A DNA stretch of 64,000 nt from Macrostomum lignano (lineage: Eukaryota), in assembly GCA_002269645.1 (NCBI GenBank), contig NIVC01001883.1, positions 124,001-188,000 of the forward strand, written 5' to 3'. Below the pieces are notes generated by a model. That model saw only the letters and a program-made list of their open reading frames with translations. It was not told the DNA's origin and did not search any database. The translations under genes were made by a program, and so were the position numbers. Below, one piece after another: positions 11,561 through 53,501 of the stretch. Position 1 is the stretch's first letter. Each line of letters starts with the position of its first letter.

Positions 11561-12628
11561 ATTCCGTGTTTCCCCTTGTCTCCCCGTGGCTCGGGGCCCC
11601 AGGCCGCAAGACAAGGCGCAGCTGCGGCAGTATTCAGGCAGGCCTCGCGCCAGCAGTCAAACGGACTGGCAGCCGAGGCTCGGCAGGAATCCCCCCTGCT
11701 GCGAAGCCGGCAACAACAGTTACGCAAGCCGGGCAGCCGTGTCACCAGAAACTGGGTCTGACAGCTCTGCCCGCCCGCGAGCCGCATCTGGGGATTTCGG
11801 GGATACTTGACAAGGGTCAGCCTGCCAGCATCCCCTGTGCACTTCTTAGTCAGCGGCCGCTGAAGTCGAATGCCGCTCGAAGCTCGGCTGCCGGAAAGAA
11901 AGCGGCTTAGGGAAATTTATCCCACAAAGGGAGCCTGGCTGGGTTGATGGCAGGCGGGGGCAAGGAGAGGAGGGGGTAGTCAGGCAGATATCGGAGGCGG
12001 TGGAGGCTGGCATTGTGGGAGAGTTTCCAGCAGACGGTGAAGCCGCGTATCCATCGCCATCTGTCAGCGGTGGGAAGTCGGCGAATCACTGAAGGCGGTG
12101 GTGGCTCAAGACGGCACACGAAGCTGCTGAAGCCGCCACCGCAGCCTAATGAGCAGTTATCCATCGCGGGGGATTAGCCCCCGCCCAACACAGCTCAGCA
12201 CTGGGCCGGGCCGAGTGGAACACGGAAAAATGATTATCGAAGCCAAAGGGGGAGGCTGGAAAGGGATGAAGGAGAGCTCTCAGATCCCCCGGCCCTCTAG
12301 CAGACTGTTGTTGGCGGGCCAGCAGCTGCGCCACTCTGCATTTTTGCCTTGATTTCTCAGCCCAGCCCAGCCGAGAGGTTCGCGGGACAAATTGGCGAAC
12401 TCGCGGCAAAGTTGGGGAGGCGAGAGGGAGACATTCGGGCCAAAGCCGGCCGAGAACCGCGCTGGATTCGCAGGCCGGCCGTCAGCCAATGGCGGCGCCG
12501 CCCCCTCCCCTGATTTCCATATGGGATCAGCGGCGCCAGGTGACTGATGAAGCTGGATCGGGAGCTGCAGTCCGACTGTGTGAAAGAGATAAGAATTCTT
12601 CAACCAACCCGCCAGCATCCAGCATCAA

Positions 12629-45446
<32,818 letters not shown>

Positions 45447-45671
45447 CCGGATGGCCGCTGCCCCTCGACCAGCGAGCGCCGCTCAAGGCGAGTGTGTTTT
45501 GGGGATTTTATCCCGATTTCTATTTCATCGAATTTGGCAGCTCACTGGAGCTGGAAGGATCAGTGCCATGTTGGAGCTCTGCTCAAAAGAATTTCGACCC
45601 GACTAAACTGCAAGTCAGAATAGCGACATAGCCTAGCTAATTCCCCCCAGTACAGCTGCCGGTTGCACCCC

Positions 45672-46200
45672 CTCAGCCCAGCTCCCCCCCAGCCCAGTTC
45701 CCCAGCCCAGTTCCCCCCAGCCTAGTTCCCCAGCCCATCTCCACCCAGCCCAGTTCCCCCCAGCCCAGTTCCCCCCAGCCTAGTTCCCCAGCCCAGCTCC
45801 CCCAGCCCAGCTCCCCCCCAGCCTAGTTCCCCAGCCCAGCTCCCCCAGCCCAGTTCCCCAGCCCAGCTCCCCCCAGCCCAGTTCCCCCCAGCCCAGCTCC
45901 CCCCAGCCCAGTTCCCCCCAGCCCAGCTCCCCCAGCCTAGTTCCCCCCAGCCCAGCTCCCCCCAGCCTAGTTCCCCCCAGCCCAGCTCCCCCCAGCCCAG
46001 TTCCCCCAGCCCAGCTCCCCCCAGCCTAGTTCCCCTCAGGCCTCAGCCCAGTTCCCCTCAGCCCAGTTCCCCAGCCCAGCTCCCCCAGCCTAGTTCCCCT
46101 CAGCCCAGTTCCCCAGCCCAGCTCCCCCCAGCCCAGTTCCCCCAGCCTAGTTCCCCAGCCCAGCTCCCCCCAGCCCAGCTCCCCCCAGCCCAGCTCCCCC
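45672..46200. repeat. C-rich 14-16-bp repeat (CCCCCAGCCCAGYT)n
   Basis: Begins ~225 bp after the neurexin stop. Confidence 0.93.
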
Positions 46201-47534
46201 ATCTCTCACACAAAGGCATGAACTCTCAGTGCCATCTCAACAGCACACAGCGGTCCACTCGATAGCTGAGCTCGAAGTCCGTCCACAACTTTCGATTGCA
46301 GATACGCCGACGCCGGAACTCCATGCTCGCCGAAACGCGCCAATTTTGCCTAGCAACCGCCCTTCTAATACTAAATATTAGCAGTTGATTCAATGAAGTG
46401 GAGCTACTTTCTGACAACTCTTCCCCGTAGACCATTTTGAATTGCCGCGTATTGCCAGCAGCACTTCGAACTCGCGCGTCCTTTCAACCCGCGTTCATAA
46501 TGCAACATTTTTTACTTTCTGCTTTGTCTGCTCATGTTCAGGCATTCCTGCTATGTAAGGGGCAGCGCCATGACTGTCACTTGACAATATGTTGCACTTC
46601 TCTGCGGCACTTGCCCGCAGGCGTCCTCGAGGCACAACTGAAATGCATTTTTTATCATTTAAGTAGCTCTGCTCTGCGCCGCTGTTTGACTCTGTCATCC
46701 GCCTGTTGAGCGACTCTTTGAGCTGATCCCAGCTGCCCTCCGCTCACCCCTCACCCCTCTTGACTTACTTTGACTTAGCTGCAGGGGCGTCCGGCGGATA
46801 TGCAGCGAGGAGGCGGAGGAGACCGCCCATTCAAATCCGCTTAGCCGCTGACGACGCTCACCCCTCACCCCTCCCCCTCCGCTTACCCCTCACCTTCCGC
46901 TCACCCTCACCCTCCGCGCACCATTTATCATCCGCCCACCTATGCTCATCCATGCCCCTTCATAAAAATGTGAGCCATCCTCCCTGACACTTATTGAGCC
47001 ATCCTCCCTACTTTATTACATGTAGCTCATCTGCTCACGATCCTCTCCTCCGCCCCCGCATCAGCCAGGCTATCAGAGCCATACGGTAACACGCAATGTC
47101 GTAGTACTTTCGCGTGCTCAGCAATCACCGAACAAAATCAATGCACTGGCAATCGTCGCCTGTCATCATTTTTCTCTGCTCCGCACTGGCTGGCAAGAAT
47201 GCCAAGTGTTTCTCATCATAAGCATTTGCGTCCGTGTCGATTTAATCTTGAAATGGGATTTCAAGGATCTTGTTAAAGCATCAGCGCTGCGTTCTGTTCA
47301 CAAACCTGATATTTTCAACAATGTACAAACAGGTGTGCAATGTACAAGCATGTACTCGTACACGCCATCTGTTTACTCAATACTCACTGTGAATGGGAAG
47401 ATTCCCCCCATGTCTGTAAATACAAAATTATTTTGAGACTGGAAAATGAGATGTTTTTGTGCGGCCATGCAGCCACAAATCTGCTTCTTGACTTTCGGTG
47501 GCACTGCTGCCTTTCTTGACGTGTAGCTTATCAC

Positions 47535-47826
47535 AGCCATAGCACACCCATAGCACAGCACTGGCAAATCCATTGCACAGCACTGGCAAATCCATTGCAC
47601 AGCACTGGCAAATCCATTGCACAGCACTAGCTCATCTATTGCACAGCACTAGCACACTCATAGCACAGCACTAGCACACACCCATAGCACAGCGCTAGCA
47701 CACCCATAGTACACCCATAGCACAGCGCTAGCACACACCCATAGCACACCCATAGCACAGCGCTAGCACACAGCCATAGCACAGCGCTAGCACACACCCA
47801 TAGCACAGCACTAGCACACACCCATA
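47535..47826. repeat. ~22-24-bp minisatellite (CCCATAGCACAGCACTAGCACA), left part
   Basis: Interrupted by the LTR element; resumes at 52679. Confidence 0.93.
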
Positions 47827-48034
47827 TGTTGTGTAATGATCGATGCTGGCTAGCCGACGTGCAGTCTTTCTCTTTCTCTCTCAGTGCACCTGCCCCCAGT
47901 CCCCCATTGACGCGTACAATGTACATTGCTCACTGCACTTGACTAAACAATAATATATATATCGGCTCTCTGCCCATCGCTGGCTTTAAGCGTTTCGTAG
48001 CTCGCACACACTCGCCTTGACTTCTAACATAACA
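47827..48034 (+). repeat. 5' LTR (208 bp)
   Basis: TGTTGTG...CATAACA; direct repeat of 52471-52678. Confidence 0.97.
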
Positions 48035-48046
48035 TGGCGTCGCAAG
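48035..48046 (+). promoter_or_regulatory. Primer binding site candidate TGGCGTCGCAAG
   Basis: TGG immediately after the 5' LTR (complement of tRNA CCA); cognate tRNA not verified. Confidence 0.7.
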
Positions 48047-48069
48047 TCTAAACTTTCTAGCAAGCAAGC

Positions 48070-48906
48070 ATGGATGGATTGAGGCCGCCAGAGCCCATGA
48101 TTTTTGACACCAATAGGGCAGACAACTGGAGGCGATGGATCAGTGCATTTGATTTCTACATGAAAGCTACGAAGAGGACTGAAGAAAGTGAAGAAGTGAA
48201 GATCGCTGTTCTCCTGACCGCGCTGGGATCCGATGGACAGGACGTATTCTCCACGTTTTCTGCAGACCAAGTAGCAACGTACGCAGCTGTAAAGAGTGCG
48301 TTCCAAGAGTACTGCGAGCCTTTGTCGAATGAGACCTTTGAGCGCTACCAGCTTCGAACAAGAGTGCAAGGAGAAGCTGAGGACTTCGACCAATTCGTTG
48401 GCTCACTTCGCCAGCTCATCAAGCGATGCAACTACAGCGAGCCAGCGAACAAGGAGACCATCGAGAACAGCGTCATTCGAGATCAGATCGTCATCGGTGC
48501 GAACGACCCAGCTCTGAGGGAGAGGCTTCTCCGCGAGACAAAGCTGACGCTGGACCGCGCCATCCAGATGGGTCGAGCGTCGGAGACTTCGAAGCGGCAG
48601 GCTTGGACCCTGGCCACAGCGCAGATCAGCCGAGCAACGCCTGCACCCGCGCCAGCGTCCGTCGAGGCAGTTCAAGGCGAACCAGCCGGTCGCAGCCCGC
48701 CAGCAATGCCAAGTCGGCTCGCAGTTGCGGCTTCTGCGGACAGCAGCATGAGCGGCGCAAGTGCCCGACATTCGGTAAGACCTGCAATAACTGTGGTCGT
48801 GCAAACCATTTCTCGTCCGTGTGCCGCTCAGCTAAGAAGGTCAACGAGCTGGTGGAGAACACCGAGACCGAGTCCGCGGGTGATGGCCCGGCTGCAGCAA
48901 TCATGA
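48070..48906 (+). CDS. gag: Retrotransposon Gag (capsid part; homology probably ends near 48675)
   Basis: NWRRW...F, ETFERYQLRTRVQGEAEDFDQFV, IRDQIVIG...LRERLL...LTLDRAI: typical Mag-type capsid. Confidence 0.88.
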   Translation: MDGLRPPEPMIFDTNRADNWRRWISAFDFYMKATKRTEESEEVKIAVLLTALGSDGQDVFSTFSADQVATYAAVKSAFQEYCEPLSNETFERYQLRTRVQGEAEDFDQFVGSLRQLIKRCNYSEPANKETIENSVIRDQIVIGANDPALRERLLRETKLTLDRAIQMGRASETSKRQAWTLATAQISRATPAPAPASVEAVQGEPAGRSPPAMPSRLAVAASADSSMSGASARHSVRPAITVVVQTISRPCAAQLRRSTSWWRTPRPSPRVMARLQQS

Positions 48907-51900
48907 CCGTGGAGCAGCCAGGTGCTCGAACCAAGGCGCAAACCGACAGCTCGGCGATGATGGTGTGCCTGACTGTCACGGACTCTGGAAGAAAGCTTCA
49001 GTTCAAGGTGGACACCGGTGCGGACGTCAACGTGATCCCTCTGAACCGGCTGATCCAGCTCGCCCCTGCAGCATCGATTGAGCCGACATCCTGGACTCTG
49101 ACAACGTACAACAAGCAGCTGCTGGACGTGGTCGGCATCACGTACTTGACTGTGTCTTCGCCCTGCCGGAAGAATGCCCGACTGCAGTTTGTTGTTGTCG
49201 GCGAGAACTCCACGCCTATCATCGGCTGGAAGTCAGCGATTGAGGAGCTGCAGCTGGTCAAGAAGCTGTTCTCGTTGCAGCAGAGTCCAAGCAGCATCAG
49301 CAAGGTGAGCAAGCAGCAGTTATCGGAACTGAACTCCAGCCAGTTAAAGGCCAGCTTCCCAGAAGTATTCAACGGCGTTGGTTGCATGAAGCAGCCATAC
49401 ACCATTCAACTGTCGGACAACGCAGTGCCTAAGGTGCAGCCTCCTCGCAAGGTGCCATTTGCTGCGTATCAACCTCTGAAGTGCGAGCTGGAGAGACTCG
49501 AGAAGGAAGGAACGATAGCGCGAGTCGACGAACCGACGCAGTGGGTCTCCAATGTGGCCATCGTGTGGAAGAAGGACGGCTCGATGCGACTGTGTCTAGA
49601 TCCGACCTACCTGAACAGGTTCATCATCAGAGAGTACCACCCGATCCCCACCGCCGAGGAAGTTCGAGCTGCGACTGCTGGAGCCATCCTGTACAGCTCA
49701 TTCGATGCGAACGAGAGCTTTCACCAACTAAAACTCGATGATGAAAGCTCCTTCCTGACCACGTTCCACACCCCGTTCGGCCGATATCGCTGGAAACGAG
49801 TTCCATACGGTCTCTCATCCATTCCCGAGGTCTTCCAGAAGAGAATGGAAGAAAACGTCACAAACAACGTGAGAAACTCTAAGAACTTCTTTGACGACAT
49901 CATCGTGTGGGGAAGAACAGTCGAGGAGCACGACCAAGCTGTGCGAGAGCTCCTGGAGCAGTGCAAGCGTGCCAAGGTGACACTGAACCCACAGAAGATG
50001 CGAGCCGGTGTCCAAGAGCTCAACTACCTAGGCGATGTGCTCAGCTCGGAAGGGTTGCGAGCAGATCCAATGAAGGTCAAAGCCATCAAAGAAATGATCC
50101 GGCCGAATGATGTTGAAGGTCTCACTTCGAAGAAGGAGCAGCTAAGGCGATTTCTCGGCTGTGTGACGTACCTGGCCAAGTTTTGTCCTCATCTTTCCGC
50201 TACTGCAGAGCCGCTTAGACACCTGCTCAAGAAAGACGTCATTTGGAGCTGGACGCATCAGCACGACGAGGCGTACGACTCAATCATCACGGAGCTGTGT
50301 TCTAACAGGGTTTTGGCCACATTTGACGTCAGCAAGCCAGTCACCGTGTCTGTGGATGCCTGCAAGAGCGGCATCGGTGCTGTGCTACTCCAAGAGGACC
50401 GTCCGGTTGAGTTCGCTTCATCAGCCATGACTAAAGCTCAGCAGGCATACGCGCAGATTGAGAAGGAGCTCCTGGCTATTGTGTACGGCTGCAAGAAATT
50501 TCACCGCTACCTCTGGGGCCGCACTGTCAATGTCCAGAGTGACCATAAGCCACTGGAGTCCATCTTAAAGAAGCAGCTCTGTGACACCACGCCGCGCATC
50601 CAGCGCTTGCTGCTGCAGCTGCAGCCCTACGACATTCGTGTGAAGTACACACCAGGAAAGGAGCTGTACGTCGCAGACACGCTAAGCCGAGCTCACGGAA
50701 AGACGGACAGCCTGACGCTTCTGCTGGAGGAAGCTTTGGACGGACAAGTGCTAGCTGTGGAGCGATGCTTCAGTGAAGACCGCGAGATTCTGACAATGAT
50801 CAAGAAGGCCACGGCTGCAGACCAGACGAGCCAGCGTCTGCAGGAGGTCATTCAAGCCGGATGGCCCGAGCATCGAAACCGACTACCTGACGATTTGAGA
50901 GTATTTTGGGATCTTCGCCATGATCTGACTTTCGTCTCAGGACTCCTGTGCCTGAAGGACCGCATCTACGTGCCAGCCGGCAGCGCCAGAAGCTCGATCC
51001 TAAGAATTTTGCACGCTGGACACCCTGGAATCGTCAAGATGGACCTGAAAGCCAAAGATTATTTTTACTGGCCAGGAATGCGCACCTGCATCGAGCGAAC
51101 TGTCAGCCAGTGCGAGGCCTGCCAGCGTAACATGAAGGCCCAGTCAAAAGAGACTTTGATGACCGTTGAAATGCCCGAGTTTCCGTTCCAAGTCTGCTCG
51201 ACCGACTTGTTCGAGTTCCGGGGCGCTGCGCACCTGGTGTACGTAGACGCCTACAGCCACTGGATGAGCATCACCCGCCTGCGGTCGACAACAAGCCTGG
51301 CAGTAGTTCAGGTGCTCCAAGATCATTTCCAGAACTTTGGAGTGCCAGAGAAGCTCATCAGTGACAACGGGCCGCAGTTCACCGCAGGAGAGTTCCGCCA
51401 GTTCATGACCAGATTTCAAGTGGAGCACCGGACATCGAGTCCGGCCTACCCGCAGTCCAACGGCAAAGCAGAGCGATATGTGCAGACTGCCAAGAATATG
51501 ATGAAGAAGTGCCAGGAGACTGGACAGAGCCTGGCACTGGCCCTTTTGCACTATCGCAACACGCCGGTCGGCAGCGGCTTCCCCAGCCCGGCGGAAATGG
51601 CGTTTGGCCGGAAACTGCGGTGCGACCTGCCGACAACGGTGCAAGATCTGCGGCCTCGGGAGACCTACGTGCATGCCAGCATCGAAGCATTCCAGAAGGA
51701 GCGGACCCGGGCAGCTCAGCTCTACAACCGCGGTGCGCGCGCACTTCGATGCTTGGAGGTCGGCGAGCCGATCTGGCTTCAGTGCGATCGTCGGAACTGG
51801 GTGGCTGCCGAGGTCGACAGCGAGTTGGACGGCAGCCCGCGGTCGTACTGGCTTCGCACGGAGTCGGGCCAGCTGCTCAGGCGCAACCGGCGGTTTATCA

Positions 51901-52163
51901 GGCCACGTGAGATCGGCGTGCCATTCCATGAAAGCTACCCAGTGGCAGTGGCTGATGAGGATGTCAATCTGTCGGAGGCGGACGACCAGCAGGCACCCGT
52001 GCAACCGGCCGTGCAACCCGCGACAGAGCAGCCTGCAGAGCCAGTGCAGCCAGCTGAGCAGCCGGCATCTGTGCAACCGTGCTCAAGCTCGGACGACTCT
52101 GGGTTCCGGACCAAGCGAGGTCGGCTTGTCCATCAGCCGCAGAGGTACCAGGCCTCGTGGTGA
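48426..52163 (+). CDS. pol: Retrotransposon NC-Pol frame (effective from ~48676): zinc knuckles, protease, RT, RNase H, integrase
   Basis: CGFCGQQHERRKC and CNNCGRANHFSSVC; VDTGAD; LCLDP, FFDD; VSVDAC, EKELLA, DHKPL; HAGHPG...CEAC, DLF, SDNGPQF, GKAER. No internal stop. Confidence 0.95.
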   Translation: MQLQRASEQGDHREQRHSRSDRHRCERPSSEGEASPRDKADAGPRHPDGSSVGDFEAAGLDPGHSADQPSNACTRASVRRGSSRRTSRSQPASNAKSARSCGFCGQQHERRKCPTFGKTCNNCGRANHFSSVCRSAKKVNELVENTETESAGDGPAAAIMTVEQPGARTKAQTDSSAMMVCLTVTDSGRKLQFKVDTGADVNVIPLNRLIQLAPAASIEPTSWTLTTYNKQLLDVVGITYLTVSSPCRKNARLQFVVVGENSTPIIGWKSAIEELQLVKKLFSLQQSPSSISKVSKQQLSELNSSQLKASFPEVFNGVGCMKQPYTIQLSDNAVPKVQPPRKVPFAAYQPLKCELERLEKEGTIARVDEPTQWVSNVAIVWKKDGSMRLCLDPTYLNRFIIREYHPIPTAEEVRAATAGAILYSSFDANESFHQLKLDDESSFLTTFHTPFGRYRWKRVPYGLSSIPEVFQKRMEENVTNNVRNSKNFFDDIIVWGRTVEEHDQAVRELLEQCKRAKVTLNPQKMRAGVQELNYLGDVLSSEGLRADPMKVKAIKEMIRPNDVEGLTSKKEQLRRFLGCVTYLAKFCPHLSATAEPLRHLLKKDVIWSWTHQHDEAYDSIITELCSNRVLATFDVSKPVTVSVDACKSGIGAVLLQEDRPVEFASSAMTKAQQAYAQIEKELLAIVYGCKKFHRYLWGRTVNVQSDHKPLESILKKQLCDTTPRIQRLLLQLQPYDIRVKYTPGKELYVADTLSRAHGKTDSLTLLLEEALDGQVLAVERCFSEDREILTMIKKATAADQTSQRLQEVIQAGWPEHRNRLPDDLRVFWDLRHDLTFVSGLLCLKDRIYVPAGSARSSILRILHAGHPGIVKMDLKAKDYFYWPGMRTCIERTVSQCEACQRNMKAQSKETLMTVEMPEFPFQVCSTDLFEFRGAAHLVYVDAYSHWMSITRLRSTTSLAVVQVLQDHFQNFGVPEKLISDNGPQFTAGEFRQFMTRFQVEHRTSSPAYPQSNGKAERYVQTAKNMMKKCQETGQSLALALLHYRNTPVGSGFPSPAEMAFGRKLRCDLPTTVQDLRPRETYVHASIEAFQKERTRAAQLYNRGARALRCLEVGEPIWLQCDRRNWVAAEVDSELDGSPRSYWLRTESGQLLRRNRRFIRPREIGVPFHESYPVAVADEDVNLSEADDQQAPVQPAVQPATEQPAEPVQPAEQPASVQPCSSSDDSGFRTKRGRLVHQPQRYQASW

Positions 52164-52470
52164 ACTTTTGAGTGAAAACTGACTGTTGACTGAATTTAAA
52201 GGAACTGAAAGCTCTTTTTAAGTTTCTATAATTTTGGTGAAAGGAGGTATAGCAGAAGTTGATGTGTTGCCTTTGCTGCTCAAGCGTGCGATTTAAAAAG
52301 CGGTCTAAAATGATATTTTTCAACATTAATATTGTATTGTTCCATATGATCGTAAAATATTTCAATGTTTTTATTTTTCCCCATTCAACTGTTTTCGTGC
52401 GACTCTATTCGTGCTACTATCTTCGTTCTACTATTTTCGTGCCATTATATTCGTACTTTTCAATGTAAGG

Positions 52471-52678
52471 TGTTGTGTAATGATCGATGCTGGCTAGCCG
52501 ACGTGCAGTCTTTCTCTTTCTCTCTCAGTGCACCTGCCCCCAGTCCCCCATTGACGCGTACAATGTACATTGCTCACTGCACTTGACTAAACAATAATAT
52601 ATATATCGGCTCTCTGCCCATCGCTGGCTTTAAGCGTTTCGTAGCTCGCACACACTCGCCTTGACTTCTAACGTAACA
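52471..52678 (+). repeat. 3' LTR (208 bp)
   Basis: TGTTGTG...CGTAACA; one A/G difference from the 5' LTR, 6 bp from the end. Confidence 0.97.
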
Positions 52679-52850
52679 CCATAGTATAGCACTAGCACAG
52701 ACTCATAGCACAGCACTAGCACACACCCATAGCACAGCACTAGCACACCCATAGCACAGCGCTAGCACACAGCCATAGCACAGCGCTAGCACACACCCAT
52801 AGCACAGCACTAGCACACCCATAGTACACTCAGCACAGCACTAGCACACC
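52679..52850. repeat. Same minisatellite, right part
   Basis: Identical unit continues after the 3' LTR. Confidence 0.93.
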
Positions 52851-53501
52851 GCTGTACTTGAATCAAAACAGGGGCACAAAAAAGCCAAGCAAAAAGCAGC
52901 AGAAGATAAAAAAGAACCGAAGCCGCAACAGCGCAATTATTTTCTAAGAAACGAGATCGCCGAGCCGCACGCACCCTGCCGATCCGGCCCAGTCTCCGCG
53001 ACAGAACAGCGACATCAAGGTGCGAAGAGTATTCCATATATATTTATGAACTAATAATAATCGTAATAGAATCAGTAAGTTGGATCGAAAGCAGGAACCC
53101 AAACTACAATCAAAACAGACACGAAAGGCACGCACAGTTTAATCAATAATCGATGGCACTTGGCAGAGCAGGCAAAATCATTATTATAAATATGAAAAAT
53201 CGCATATTAAAAATAAAGACGGTACTGGCGGCTGTGCTGGGAAGAGCTGAAAGATTCGGTCTGCCAATTGAGATAGATGGACAAATTAACAGAAGGGCGG
53301 TCGAAGTCCGGACACTGAAAATAGCTAAGAGAAAGCCTGGCTTGTAACAAAAGTGGAAAGCGGATTACAGAACTTAACCTCGCCCCATCCGTACTGCTGC
53401 GCCAGCTTCATCACAGAGTTGCAGAGATTTGAGCAGGCAGTTCAGAGACAGGCAATCAGTCAGTCTTAGAAATGGAGGAAGCCGCGGTCTGGCTTGGAGC
53501 G

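Larger units (their letters stand above)
47827..52678 (+). mobile_element. Full-length Ty3/gypsy LTR retrotransposon, Mag-like
   Basis: Two 208-bp TG...CA LTRs differing at one base; 5-bp TSD CCATA (47822-47826 and 52679-52683); PBS-like TGGCG; gag, twin CCHC knuckles, PR, RT, RNase H, IN in gypsy order. Confidence 0.97.

Noticed and set aside
10525-11787. Overlapping Ser/Pro/Gly-rich ORFs upstream of neurexin
   Set aside because: Products of the 33-bp and 12-bp repeats; several frames are open at once.
48676-48906. Gag C-terminal tail in the capsid frame as a real domain
   Set aside because: It overlaps the zinc knuckles encoded in the -1 frame and looks like read-through after the frame break.
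52164-52470. env-like third ORF in the retrotransposon
   Set aside because: Only ~300 bp of AT-rich sequence with no credible ORF.
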